Of a stretch of 64,000 nucleotides of DNA, positions 40,095 through 50,659 are shown one piece after another. How positions within the stretch are numbered: the first letter of the stretch is position 1; each line of letters starts with the position of its first letter. A program made the translations under genes and the position numbers. The notes under the pieces were generated by a model that was given only the letters and a program-made list of their open reading frames with translations, ran no database searches and was not told the origin of the DNA. Source of the stretch: Salinispira sp. (GTDB taxonomy: Bacteria; Spirochaetota; Spirochaetia; DSM-27196; Salinispiraceae); the NCBI GenBank assembly GCA_965226555.1, contig CBDDDG010000001.1, positions 1 through 64,000 on the forward strand, read 5' to 3'.

Positions 40095-40161
40095 TGATTT
40101 TTTGATTTTTTCCGAAATTTCTGGCGTAATGTGATAATGTGATGTACGAGCGAGGCGATGG

Positions 40162-40767
40162 TTGATATTAGAAAACAAATTACATATTAGCGATCAAATT
40201 GATCTGGCAAAAGCCGAAGAAAAAATAAGTAAACAAAAGGCCATGCAGCTTTTCGACTCTGGCGATATTCACCACATAGAAGTTGGCACCTTCTCCGGGC
40301 TTGCGGCGATTCACCGCCATCTTTTTGCCGATATTTACGATTTTGCTGGTAACATTCGCAATGTCAACATTGCCAAAGGCAGTTTCCGCTTTGCGCCGGT
40401 AATGTATTTGAAACAATCGCTGAAACACATCGACAGCATGCCGCAAAATACCTTCGACCGCATTATTGAAAAATACGTTGAAATGAACATTGCCCACCCC
40501 TTTCGGGAAGGGAACGGACGCGCCACTCGTATATGGTTAGATTTAATGCTGAAAAAAGGAATTACACAGGTAATTAATTGGAATTTGGTAGATAAGAAGG
40601 AGTATATCTCCGCTATGGAGCGCAGCGTTGTGAAAGACATTGAGATTAAAGCTGTGCTGAAAGAAGCTTTGACCGATCGAATTCATGACCGAGCGCTCTT
40701 CATGAAGGGCATTGACATCAGCTATTACTATGAGGGCTACAGCGAATTCAAAACAAAGGATTTGTAA
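40162..40767 (+). CDS. Fic adenylyltransferase, class III (NmFic-like)
   Basis: HPFREGNGRATR and C-terminal inhibitory motif SYYYEG. Confidence 0.93.
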   Translation: MILENKLHISDQIDLAKAEEKISKQKAMQLFDSGDIHHIEVGTFSGLAAIHRHLFADIYDFAGNIRNVNIAKGSFRFAPVMYLKQSLKHIDSMPQNTFDRIIEKYVEMNIAHPFREGNGRATRIWLDLMLKKGITQVINWNLVDKKEYISAMERSVVKDIEIKAVLKEALTDRIHDRALFMKGIDISYYYEGYSEFKTKDL

Positions 40768-40839
40768 TGAGCACAATTGATACATTGACCAATAAATGGA
40801 AACGGCCGTAGTGCCCGATTACTCATGAATATAAATTTC

Positions 40840-40960
40840 TATAATATGATTTTTCCCTTAAAATGGAATTATAAATTTTTATAATATGATTTTACCCCCT
40901 GAAATGGAATTATAAGTTTTTATAATATGATTTTTCCCTTGAAATGGAATTATAAGTTTT
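40840..40960. repeat. 40/41-bp tandem repeat, three units
   Basis: TATAATATGATTTTTCCCTT.AAATGGAATTATAA.TTTT at 40840, 40880 and 40921. Confidence 0.92.
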
Positions 40961-40980
40961 GTAATCTATTTCGGGGGTAC

Positions 40981-42141
40981 ATGAGAATGATCGCAAAGCA
41001 TTTTCCAGGAGAATGGAAAAAATCTTTTAATGATTATACCTATTTCCTGCCTGCGAGCTTAAAGCAGAGTCAGGAGATTCAGCTTTCTCCTCATATTTTC
41101 AGGCACATGCAGAATGCGGCTTTTGCTCTGGGTAAGTTTTCCTCATTGATAGAACGCATTCCTAATCCACATCAGTTTATTCATGCGTATGCCGTAAAAG
41201 AGGCTCAGCTTTCCAGCCGCATTGAGGGAACGCAAACAAATATAGAAGATGCCTTAAAGACCGAGACCGAAATAGAACCGGAAAAGCATGACGATTGGGC
41301 CGAGGTGCAGGCCTACATAAAAGCAATGAATGAGGCGCTTGATCAACGTAATGAATTACCTCTGTGCAATCGGTTGATAAAAAATGCCCACAAAACGCTC
41401 CTTTCTCAAGTGAGGGGGCAACACAAGTTCCCTGGAGAGTTTCGGACAAGCCAAAATTGGATTGGCGGGAGCCGTCCCGATAATGCCCATTATGTTCCGC
41501 CTGCCCATGAACACATTGGCGAGCTTATGAGTGATCTGGAAAAATTTATACAAGATAATACGCTTGTTATGCCGGAGCTTATTAATGCCGCATTTCTGCA
41601 TTATCAATTTGAAACCATTCATCCTTTTCTCGATGGTAACGGACGTATGGGCAGAATGCTTATTTCCCTGTATTTTCTGGAAAAAAAATTACTCAAACAC
41701 CCCATTCTCTATATTTCCACATTTTTTGAAGAACACAGAACAAATTATTATGCGGCGCTGGATAAGGCGCTGGAAGGTTCGGAAGGTGTCTCCAAGTGGG
41801 TTTCTTTCTTTCTGGATGCTGTAGAGCAAACTGCTCAAGACGGAATTGAGGTAACGCAGAAACTTTTAGATTACGATTTGAAGCTGAGGACTGAAATACT
41901 GCCCCAATTTGGCAGAAAAACGAAAGATACTTTACGAGTACTGGAATTTCTGTATCGGCGTCCTATACTGACGTCCAAGCAGTTACAGGAACAGTTGGAA
42001 TTTAGTCCGCAAGTCAGTCAAAATATGCTTAAACTATTGGCAGAACATAATATATTACAGGAGATAACAGGAAATAAGCGCAACCGTGTTTTTATGTTTC
42101 ATCAATATATCACCCTGCTGGAAGGAAAAAAAGAAACATGA
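40981..42141 (+). CDS. Fic family protein, class II, with C-terminal wHTH
   Basis: N-terminal SSRIEG, PGEFRTSQNWIGG, HPFLDGNGRMGR, EITGNKRNRVF; start uncertain (40927, 40981 or 40987). Confidence 0.92.
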   Translation: MRMIAKHFPGEWKKSFNDYTYFLPASLKQSQEIQLSPHIFRHMQNAAFALGKFSSLIERIPNPHQFIHAYAVKEAQLSSRIEGTQTNIEDALKTETEIEPEKHDDWAEVQAYIKAMNEALDQRNELPLCNRLIKNAHKTLLSQVRGQHKFPGEFRTSQNWIGGSRPDNAHYVPPAHEHIGELMSDLEKFIQDNTLVMPELINAAFLHYQFETIHPFLDGNGRMGRMLISLYFLEKKLLKHPILYISTFFEEHRTNYYAALDKALEGSEGVSKWVSFFLDAVEQTAQDGIEVTQKLLDYDLKLRTEILPQFGRKTKDTLRVLEFLYRRPILTSKQLQEQLEFSPQVSQNMLKLLAEHNILQEITGNKRNRVFMFHQYITLLEGKKET

Positions 42142-42228
42142 GCACAAAGCCGAAGGTATCTGTGTTTTGAGTTTCGGGTCAATTTTCAGTTCCGGCGGGA
42201 ATTTGCCGTAGTGATATGTGATTCCCAT
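42142..42228 (-). pseudogene. Possible 5' stub of a third Fic-family gene
   Basis: GAGG RBS then MGITYHYGKFPPELK, resembling N-termini of long Fic proteins; no continuation. Confidence 0.35.
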
Positions 42229-42254
42229 AGTGTAATGCCATACCTCATTAATAT

Positions 42255-42342
42255 CGGAGAGGGTGGGATTCGAACCCACGGTACGGGGCTACCGCACAAC
42301 GGTTTTCAAGACCGCCTCCTTAAACCGCTCGGACACCTCTCC
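42255..42342 (-). tRNA. tRNA-Ser(TGA)
   Basis: GGAGAGG acceptor, loop CT-TGA-AA, long variable arm, GGTTCGAATCC. Confidence 0.95.
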
Positions 42343-42429
42343 AGTAAGCCGTTCTGACTATAATTATATCTACCTACTGTATCAGTATTACATATATATT
42401 TCAAGCTATGAAGATTATATTGAGTGGGA

Positions 42430-43892
42430 CAGAACTTCCCCAACAATTTTTTTGACGGGATTTTGACAGAATAATGGAGGGAGATTTTGCCCCTTGAGCA
42501 GTGAGTATGTGGCGGGAATACCGGGCGCATAGACCACCCCCGCCGCAGAACCGCTGGTCTGCGTTGATTGTGTGTCGGTTATATGCAAGAAATCAACTCG
42601 GTAGACTGCCCTCGAAAACGACCGATTGTTCACTACTTAGCTCAACACAGACATCCCTCCTGTGCGAATCTGCCATTTTATTCCCTTCCATATCCACCGC
42701 CCTGTTATTTTCCATGTTCGCTTAACAGGAAGCGTTTTTGTTACGACGCTCGCCAGCACATGGTTGATACTGGTGAGAAAATTGACCCCCATGGCAATGC
42801 AGCACAACAAACACACAGCGGCGATCTTGTTATGCGTCCGCACTCTCTTGGTGCCGGTAAGATACGACATGCGCTTAAACTCATCATTCTCTATGCTCCA
42901 CCGCAGGTGCGCAGCTTCCCGCGCAGCAGGCAATGACAGATGTACATCACTCGTAATTACCCAGAACGTCTCCTTCCCTTCAGTGACCCGCAGCACCAGC
43001 ACCGGCACACCATGCCATTCGTCAGGCACTGCCTCAATCTGGTAACTCGTTGATCGTTGATAATCATACCCGCTCGCGGTTTGGACTGCATCACTATAGA
43101 ACCCCTGATGTTCCATATAGCGGGCTGCGCGATCAAGGAGCAACCGCTCATGTTTCCGCGGAGTGCCATCCCGCTTTACCGAACGAAATTTCACCAGAAT
43201 ATGACGCTTTAATTTTGCGCAGATCAGATGAAGAAAGGGCTCACACAGGTAGAGCCCATCGAAACTTAACAATTGCGGCAGGGTATCTCCTTCCCTCAAA
43301 AGCATTTCTTCAGACCCGCGCAGTTCGTGCCCTCTGCCCTTCATCGGTCTCACAACCTGCACATACGTTCCTGTCTTTGTCGGTCGCGCCAGCACGGTGA
43401 ACCAGACGCTCCCGAAGACACAGGTGCCATCGACAATACCGATACTCCGATGAACTCCCGTGTCCAAATAACACGATTCTTCAGTGTCACTCACTGACAA
43501 CTTCATACTGGTTCCCACCATCGTCGTCACTTCATCCGGTATGATCTGAGAAATCACCCGTTGTATGGTGCTGTCGGAACCGACCATATACCGTTTGCTG
43601 CCGAGTAACTTCCGAACATGTTTATTCCGAGCCAGATAATCGAGATCAAACAGACTCTTGCATGAAAATAATGGCATCGATATAATGAGAGCCATTATTT
43701 GTGATAGCTGAACAACCGGTCGTTTCCGAGGGTCGGTTAAATTGGTTGTTTTCAGCATCTGTCCGAGCCTTTGAATAAAGGTTCGGGCAACACTTTTTTT
43801 CTGAGAACACATAGTCCCCCTCCCATAGTAGATCATAAATGTGTATGAGAATTCCTGCAATGGTCTGAAAAAAACTTGTTGGGGAAGTTCTG
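42430..43892 (-). mobile_element. IS4-superfamily/ISAs1-like insertion sequence, 9-bp target duplication
   Basis: Perfect 16-bp IR CAGAACTTCCCCAACA / TGTTGGGGAAGTTCTG; TGAGTGGGA at 42421-42429 and 43893-43901. Confidence 0.9.
42637..43812 (-). CDS. Divergent DDE transposase
   Basis: SDSTIQR, IVDGT, GHEL, FDGLY, RWSIENDEFK; ATG 43812 after GGAGG. Confidence 0.8.
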   Translation of the reverse strand: MCSQKKSVARTFIQRLGQMLKTTNLTDPRKRPVVQLSQIMALIISMPLFSCKSLFDLDYLARNKHVRKLLGSKRYMVGSDSTIQRVISQIIPDEVTTMVGTSMKLSVSDTEESCYLDTGVHRSIGIVDGTCVFGSVWFTVLARPTKTGTYVQVVRPMKGRGHELRGSEEMLLREGDTLPQLLSFDGLYLCEPFLHLICAKLKRHILVKFRSVKRDGTPRKHERLLLDRAARYMEHQGFYSDAVQTASGYDYQRSTSYQIEAVPDEWHGVPVLVLRVTEGKETFWVITSDVHLSLPAAREAAHLRWSIENDEFKRMSYLTGTKRVRTHNKIAAVCLLCCIAMGVNFLTSINHVLASVVTKTLPVKRTWKITGRWIWKGIKWQIRTGGMSVLS

Positions 43893-44130
43893 TGAGTGGG
43901 ATATTAAGGTTTGCATTTTGCAAAACTTTGTGGTAGAATGTTCATACTTCATTTCGTGGAGGTATGTATTATCTAATGCAACATCAGAATCAAAATGAAC
44001 CGAACCTGTTGATTCATTATAAAAAACTCCGGTTGATGCTCGGATCGTTGGGACTTGCCTTCCCCCTAAAATTATTGAGAAAATTCATTATGGTTCCGCA
44101 TTTCAGAAATTATCTGATATACTTACTAGT

Positions 44131-44910
44131 ATGATACTATGCGTAAACATTGGAAATTCAAACATTGTACTCGGCCTGTATAATGGAACGTGGATATCTC
44201 GTTGGCGGCTGAGCACAATTCTCGAACGAACGCCCGATGAGTATGAATTTCTCATTCTTCCCTTCATCACGCGCGCGGGAATTACGCCGGACGATATTCA
44301 CGCAATGGCGCTTGCTTCGGTAGTGCCGATTCTCACGGAAACTTTTTCCCAACTCAGTCGGCACATGTTTCGGAGGAACCCGTTCTCTATTACTCCCATG
44401 GTCAAAACCGGACTTTCCTTTGCGAATGCAGCGAGTTCAGCGGAAATGGGAGCGGATCTTCTTGCCAATGCCGTGGCAGGATATACGCTTGTTAACACAG
44501 ACACACAGAAGCAGGGAGTTATTATTGTCGATTTCGGCACAGCCCTCACCTTTACCATGGTCAGCAGCGATGCCCGAATACTCGGGGTATCCATTGCCCC
44601 CGGGCTCCATGGAGCTGTGAAATCGCTCGCAGACGATGCCGCCCAACTTCCCCACGTTCAGCTTGCGGTACCGCCGCAGGCCATCGGCACCAATACCATC
44701 TATTCCATACAATCGGGAATTGTCTTCGGTTTCACCGGTCTGGTCGAATCCATGCTTACCCGCATCCGCAGTGAAATGGAAGATCCAATATCCGTCATCG
44801 CCACCGGCGGAATGCATCATATCATTGCCGTCAATACCGACTGTTTCCATTATCTGGAACCTTGGCTCCATCTCAAAGGAATTCAGCAAATTTACGCCCT
44901 GAATAATTAA
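44131..44910 (+). CDS. coaX: Type III pantothenate kinase
   Basis: NIGNSN, ASVVP, MGAD, VDFGTALTF, IAPG, IQSG, IATGG. Confidence 0.93.
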   Translation: MILCVNIGNSNIVLGLYNGTWISRWRLSTILERTPDEYEFLILPFITRAGITPDDIHAMALASVVPILTETFSQLSRHMFRRNPFSITPMVKTGLSFANAASSAEMGADLLANAVAGYTLVNTDTQKQGVIIVDFGTALTFTMVSSDARILGVSIAPGLHGAVKSLADDAAQLPHVQLAVPPQAIGTNTIYSIQSGIVFGFTGLVESMLTRIRSEMEDPISVIATGGMHHIIAVNTDCFHYLEPWLHLKGIQQIYALNN

Positions 44911-44954
44911 CCTCCTCACAGCGCCCACTCACCAGCATTGCGGAACGGATCGCA

Positions 44955-46327
44955 TTAGTTCAGAATAATAACTTCAACGCGCCGGTTCTTCGCCCGCCCC
45001 TGTGCTGTCGCATTGTCGGCAACAGGCTCTGTTGCGCCCCGTCCCTCATAGCGGATTGCGCCGGGCGGAATGCCCCCCCTAACTACGCGCTGCGCAATAC
45101 TGGCTGCCCGTTCCTCAGAAAGCTTCTGCTGCCCCTCGGGACGCCCCACATCGGCGCTGTGCCCAATTATCAGAAAACGGCGCTCACCAGCCTGTTTGAG
45201 AATGCCGATCAGCGCCAGCACCCGTTCATCCTCTCCTGCTGTTAGCTCGGTACTGTCTGGCATAAACCGAATATCCGGCAAATTAATTTTAAGCCCCAGA
45301 GGATCATAATCAAACTCAATAATACCGGCATCCGCACTGTCATCCGCACTGGCATCCACCCTGATACGCTCCGGTAAGGCATTTTCGGCAACATCAGCAA
45401 TATCGGCAGCATCAGCAATATCGGCAACATCAGCAATATCGGCAACATCAGCAATATCGGCAGCATCAGCAATATCGGCAGCATCAGCATCAGCAATAAC
45501 ACCGGGAAGGGAACGCAATGAACGGACAAAAACAGCGTCATTGTAGACCGGCATTGAATTGCGAAGCCAGCTCAGACCAAAGCCCTCAATGCTCAGCTCC
45601 GTACCGTCCTGCAAACGATACTGCTCGGAAATGGTATTATTCATAAAAATGCGGATATCATTGCCGGGAAAAATGGTAATGCGAACCGCGTTCCTTCCCT
45701 GAACTGCCGGCCTGTTTGATCTCCCGTCATCGCGGAGCGCAAAATCCGCATCAAAAAAATGGACAGCCTCCCCAAGATACTCCCCAATACCGCGGTACAC
45801 ATAGCGCACATATACCTGAATTGGTATAAAGTGCCCATCGGCATCCGGATCAACGAGCCGGTAGGCATGGGCATGATAGCTCATCCCCTCTGCCGGAATA
45901 TCGGGGCCCTCAAGACGAGTCAGAACAGCCGACGGCAAAAGCGGGAAATTCCGATATTCGGGAAATGAATGGAGATGTCCGGTCTCGGTTCCCGACAAGG
46001 ATTTCTGCGAATACCGCAGTTCCTCCGCTGTGAATTCCTGCTGCTGAAAATTGTCAACCGGAAGAGCCACACTGCGTAAATCGTGCTTCGTTTCCGAAAT
46101 CTGCCAGAATACTGCCTCATAGATACCTGCGCTGTTTCTGTCTACCTGGCCGGATATTTCCACATACCGAAGCCCTCTATACTTTCCGCCTTCCCGTATT
46201 CTCACATTATACCGGCTCAGATAGGTGCCAGCCACAGGAACGATAAGAGAAATGTCGTCCGATTGTACTGTCTCTGCCGATATATGGCTCAAACAGAGGA
46301 TAATGCCCATAAAGCATAGTGTTTTCA
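44955..46327 (-). CDS. Exported OmpA-domain protein with ADIADA/V repeat linker
   Basis: Signal peptide MKTLCF..ISA; GHSAD, LSEERA, NRRVEV; 18-nt repeats at about 45385-45497. Confidence 0.88.
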
Positions 46328-46418
46328 TTAGTGGGCTCCTACCAGCTATCCAGCTCATTTTCGGGAACCCAGCGATTGAGAGGGCTGTCCGGAAATTGTT
46401 CTCGTATTTCTCCCCGAG

Positions 46419-47267
46419 TCATAGTGCCGCGCTGTTTAGGCTTTTCTGCAGATGCTTTTTGTTTACAAAATCGGCAACAGTATTCAGGCTGTACACCGTA
46501 AGAGCGAGCGCAATTCCAGGCGGAAGAATCATCCAAGGATCCGAAAGAAGGTAGGCGCGGGCCTCAGCTAACATGATGCCCCAACTTGCCTGCGGCGGTT
46601 GAATTCCAATGCCCAGAAAACTGAGGCTCGCCTCAATGCTTATGGCTACAGCAAAGAGACTGGTAAGCTGAACAAGAAGCGGAGGAAGCACCTGCGGAAG
46701 AATCGCAGTGCTGAATACCCTCAGCGGGGGAGTATTAAAAAGAGTTTCTATTTCCACATAATCTTCCCGAATGGCCTTCTGTACCTCTGCGCTTATCAGC
46801 CGGGCAATAAGGGGTGAGAAAACAATTCCCAAAGCATACATGACCTGAACAAGCCCGTACCCAAACACTGCCATAACGGCAATGCTCATAAGAATGGCGG
46901 GTATGGACAGGAGGCTGTCCATACTCAGCATGAGTACGGTATGTAACCACCGGGGGCCGTATACTGCAGCTAGGCCAATCGCTGTTCCGATAATAAAGGC
47001 AACGAGACAACTGACAATTCCCACAATGAAGGTTGAACGGGCGCCATATATGAGGCGGCTAAGAATGTCGCGCCCGAGACTATCGGTTCCAAGGAGATGT
47101 TCCGGCGAAAGGGGAGCAAGAAATCGGTTATTCAGATCCTGTTCATAGGGCTCGTACGGGGAAATAACTGCAGCCCCGAGCGCAAACAGAAGCAGAAGAA
47201 CTAAAAAAACATAACTGAATGTAACGGTTTTCACCTGCCCCCCTGTCGGCGCACGCCTGCCGGACAA
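46419..47267 (-). CDS. Peptide/nickel ABC transporter permease (DppC/OppC type)
   Basis: HLLGTDSLGRDILSRLIYGAR, EASLSFLGIG, ASWGIML. Confidence 0.92.
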   Translation of the reverse strand: MSGRRAPTGGQVKTVTFSYVFLVLLLLFALGAAVISPYEPYEQDLNNRFLAPLSPEHLLGTDSLGRDILSRLIYGARSTFIVGIVSCLVAFIIGTAIGLAAVYGPRWLHTVLMLSMDSLLSIPAILMSIAVMAVFGYGLVQVMYALGIVFSPLIARLISAEVQKAIREDYVEIETLFNTPPLRVFSTAILPQVLPPLLVQLTSLFAVAISIEASLSFLGIGIQPPQASWGIMLAEARAYLLSDPWMILPPGIALALTVYSLNTVADFVNKKHLQKSLNSAAL

Positions 47268-47288
47268 CGCCTGCCGCGCCCCGCGCGC

Positions 47289-48788
47289 CTATCTGACTCT
47301 CCGCACCTGCCGAAAATCGAAGGTATCAAGAGCAGGAGTCATAATAAAGCCTTCAATATCCGACCGGTACGCAATGTGCCGTATCGGGCTGCCAACAAAG
47401 ACATAGGGAACCTCTTCGGCAAAAATACGCTGTACCTCGCGGTAAATTTCACGGCGTTCGGCAATATTAATAACCCTGCTTCCCTGTTCTATGAGCGGGA
47501 GCACTTCTTCATTGTTCCAGCGTACGTAGCTTTCTCCCCTTCCGTGACCGCTGAAACGGCCGTCGGGATCAAGTTTGCCGGTATGTCCGATAACCGTGAG
47601 GTCATAGTCCGCCTTTCCGTATACATCGCTTAACCAAGTCGGCCAGTCAACAAGGCGAATCTGAGTGTGAATACCAGCCTTTCTGAGCATTTCCTGATAG
47701 AGTTTTCCTGCCTGAACATGGAGGGCAAAGTTCTGGGGAAGTACAAGATCAAGCACTTGCCCGGCCTCGTAGCCTGTTTCCCCGATAAGCTGCGCCGCAG
47801 CTTCAGGATCATAGGGATAGAGATCGCTAAAGTCGGCATAAAATGCGTTACCGGCATCATTAAAGGTACCGACAACCGTCCCGCCTCCATAGGCAACATC
47901 CAATACACTCTGTTTGTCAACGGCAAAATTCAAGGCCCGACGAAACCGCAGGTCCGAAAGCGGCGCACGGCTATTATTTATGGCCATGACCACAACAAGT
48001 GATGAGTCCAGCGTTTCAATTGTGATATCCTCCGATGCTTCAAGAATGGGGATATATTCTTCGTTAACGATGTAGAGAATGTCAGCCTGTCCTGAGATAA
48101 GCGACTGCACCTGTATAGAGGGCACCGGAATAATCTGGAATACGATCTGCTCTGCCTCACCCGTTGCGCTCCAGTAATCCGTGTTTTTGCTGAGAGATAT
48201 CTGCTCATCAGTAATCCATTCATCGAATACAAAGGGGCCTGTCCCGATTGGATTGTTCGCAAAATTGTGTCCTGAATCAATTGCTTCTGAAGGGAGAATT
48301 GCCGCCCAGCCGCTCGCAAGTGTGTAGAGCAGCGATGCCTTCGGTACCTTAAGAACAATGCGGATGGTAAAGTCATCCACGAGAACGATGTCTTCAATAG
48401 CTTCAAATTCACCGCTGCTCGGCGATGCAAATTCCGGCGACTGGAGGCGCTTGATGCTCCAGATAACATCGTTCCCGTCAAAAGGGCTTCCATCGTGAAA
48501 ACTCACATCCTTTCGAAGGTTCAAAATGATTGAAAGATTGTCGGGAGATATTTCCCAACTCCGCGCAAGAGCCGGCTGAAGTTGTCCCTGCTCATCGGGT
48601 TCAAGCAGGGTATCATAGATGCTTCGAAGCACCTGAAAGGTAAGGGTTTCGGTAGTCGCATGAGGATCCAATGTTGATGGATTTCCCGAGAGAGCCAGAC
48701 GGATCGAAAATAGTTCATCCTGCGGAAAACAAGCGGAAAACAATGCGAAAATTATACATACCATTATAAATTGTAAGAACTTGTACAT
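47289..48788 (-). CDS. Peptide/nickel ABC substrate-binding lipoprotein (family 5)
   Basis: Lipobox LFSAC, TLDPH, PALARSW, FHDG, PIGTGPF. Confidence 0.93.
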   Translation of the reverse strand: MYKFLQFIMVCIIFALFSACFPQDELFSIRLALSGNPSTLDPHATTETLTFQVLRSIYDTLLEPDEQGQLQPALARSWEISPDNLSIILNLRKDVSFHDGSPFDGNDVIWSIKRLQSPEFASPSSGEFEAIEDIVLVDDFTIRIVLKVPKASLLYTLASGWAAILPSEAIDSGHNFANNPIGTGPFVFDEWITDEQISLSKNTDYWSATGEAEQIVFQIIPVPSIQVQSLISGQADILYIVNEEYIPILEASEDITIETLDSSLVVVMAINNSRAPLSDLRFRRALNFAVDKQSVLDVAYGGGTVVGTFNDAGNAFYADFSDLYPYDPEAAAQLIGETGYEAGQVLDLVLPQNFALHVQAGKLYQEMLRKAGIHTQIRLVDWPTWLSDVYGKADYDLTVIGHTGKLDPDGRFSGHGRGESYVRWNNEEVLPLIEQGSRVINIAERREIYREVQRIFAEEVPYVFVGSPIRHIAYRSDIEGFIMTPALDTFDFRQVRRVR

Positions 48789-48798
48789 AATTCCTTCC

Positions 48799-50004
48799 TT
48801 ATGTAATTGCTGAACGGAGCAGGCTTATGGCATCTTCTTCCACACTGGCAATTTTTCGGAACTGTTCTGCAACCGGCTCAAGAATCTTTTCGGCATTTTC
48901 ACATACTTCCCGGCCCGATCTGGAAATAGCGCCTTCGATCTTTTGATCCAGAACCTGCAAGTCAGCAATTGCAGCAGCCCCTTTGTTAATAAACAGATTG
49001 TTCCGTTCATTCATCAATGAGCGGAGAGCGGCGAGTTCGGGGATACTCTCCGGTAACAGGAGTCCGGCAAGGTTTTGCCATAATTCGGCAGCTTTTGCGA
49101 ATTGTCCGCCTACTTCGCGTAATGCCGTATTTTCCAGAATTTCCGCCGCCTCATTGAGAAAATCCCTAAAAAGCATACGGTCGGATCCTTCGCTCGCGTC
49201 TTTCCAGAACAGGCTGCTGTGTTTGTACGCGGTGAGGAGGGCAGAACTCAGCTCTCCTGAATTCGTAAAACGTTTGTTCCACGCGTTCCTGCCCTTCATT
49301 TCCAGATCGTTAATGATAGCCTCATAGGCCTTGAGGCCAAAGTTGTTGGCAGATCCCTTTGGCGGTTTCTCGGTAAATAGGGAAACAGTTTCCTGTAGTC
49401 CGGTGAGAACTGCTTCCTTAAGACTATTCTCATCGGGTAAAGAAAGCACAAACATGCGGTAGCGGTATTTTTTTACCCGTCCTCTGGCCTTATGAAGAAG
49501 CTGCGCTGAAAATTCATGAGGACAGAGTGATCTGTCGGCCGTGAGCGCCCGATCACTTTCGGGGCTGTATTCAATAACCGTCATTGGTTGCATTGCCCAC
49601 ATATCTTCACCAAATTCCGAGTGTTCGTAGGCAAGTGTGAAGACATCGGCCATAATGATCGGAACAAGACCCTCCTCAAGTGTTTCAATAAGCTTTTCCT
49701 CGGCTTTCTGCGGATTTGTGGAATTAATGACATCCTGCCCTATTTTCAAACGGCTGACAATGGCATCCCAGCCGTAGGTGTGAAACGTATTTCGTGTGAG
49801 AATGTTAACCTGAGGATTATATCCTTTGTAGTGAAAAATAAAATATCCAAAGGATATTCCACCCGCAACACCGGCGAGTAATGCCTCAGAGTAGGGTAAT
49901 CCGGTATGTGGAGCGCGAACTCCCTGATAGTCCAGCGCGTGTGCTATTGACGCGCTCACAGGAGCCCTGCCGGAGAATTGCCGATAATTTTCGAGCTTTG
50001 CCAT
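48799..50004 (-). CDS. BtrH N-terminal / DUF4872-like protein
   Basis: PHTGLPYSEALLAGVAGGISFGYF and R..F.DFL.EAA.IL patterns. Confidence 0.65.
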   Translation of the reverse strand: MAKLENYRQFSGRAPVSASIAHALDYQGVRAPHTGLPYSEALLAGVAGGISFGYFIFHYKGYNPQVNILTRNTFHTYGWDAIVSRLKIGQDVINSTNPQKAEEKLIETLEEGLVPIIMADVFTLAYEHSEFGEDMWAMQPMTVIEYSPESDRALTADRSLCPHEFSAQLLHKARGRVKKYRYRMFVLSLPDENSLKEAVLTGLQETVSLFTEKPPKGSANNFGLKAYEAIINDLEMKGRNAWNKRFTNSGELSSALLTAYKHSSLFWKDASEGSDRMLFRDFLNEAAEILENTALREVGGQFAKAAELWQNLAGLLLPESIPELAALRSLMNERNNLFINKGAAAIADLQVLDQKIEGAISRSGREVCENAEKILEPVAEQFRKIASVEEDAISLLRSAIT

Positions 50005-50082
50005 GAGTATCTCCTTTACTTTTCCGTAGTATACACCCTGATATCAGATTCTGAAAAAAGTGCGGCATAGTCCGCAGCGGAT

Positions 50083-50523
50083 CTACTGTTCAGCAAATTC
50101 CTTAAAGCGATTCATATCGTTGAGTGTCTGCTTCCTGAACATGCCGGGGGCAATAATACTCATGAGTCCCCAAAAACCCTTCATCTTAAATGTATTTTCC
50201 TGCTTCCAGATGGTGTTGCCGTCTTCTGTTCGGGAAAAGAAATTTTTATTATCATTCACTGTTTCCATTGTTTTCCCCGATCGATAGATAAAATGTATGG
50301 ATTCCGGGAGTTTATTTTCAATTATTTCTTCCTCCATAATAAACTCGCCCTTTCCCATTTGATAAACCAAGCGGCTTTTTGCCCCTGCCTTTCCGGGCTG
50401 CCCCTCAATGGTTTCCATACTCAGTAATCCGACCTGCCATTTTTTAAGGTTCTCTACGCTATCGAATAGTTCAATAGTCTTTTCAAGCGGACAGTTAATG
50501 ATTATCTCTGTTGTGTACTGCAT
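50083..50523 (-). CDS. SRPBCC/START-like protein
   Basis: MQYTTEIIIN.P, LKKWQ.GL, G.PG..GAKS, MNRFKEFAE. Confidence 0.85.
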   Translation of the reverse strand: MQYTTEIIINCPLEKTIELFDSVENLKKWQVGLLSMETIEGQPGKAGAKSRLVYQMGKGEFIMEEEIIENKLPESIHFIYRSGKTMETVNDNKNFFSRTEDGNTIWKQENTFKMKGFWGLMSIIAPGMFRKQTLNDMNRFKEFAEQ

Positions 50524-50558
50524 ATTCCCTCCAGTGTAACACGGTAAAAATATTATAG

Positions 50559-50620
50559 CAAAGTTTTGCATTTTGTAAATGCTTTATTAGAAACTTTTGC
50601 ATTGGAAAATTGCGCTTGCG
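50559..50620. repeat. Degenerate MITE modules C and A
   Basis: CAAAGTTTTGCATTTTG and GAAACTTTTGCATTGGAAAATTGCGCTTGCG. Confidence 0.7.
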
Positions 50621-50659
50621 TAAAAAAATGTCTGCCCGTATACTCACTGAACAGGATAT

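Noticed and set aside
40840..40960. CRISPR array
   Set aside because: Head-to-tail repeats without spacers.
38780..42254. Prophage or integrative element at tRNA-Ser
   Set aside because: No integrase, phage genes or duplicated tRNA 3' end.
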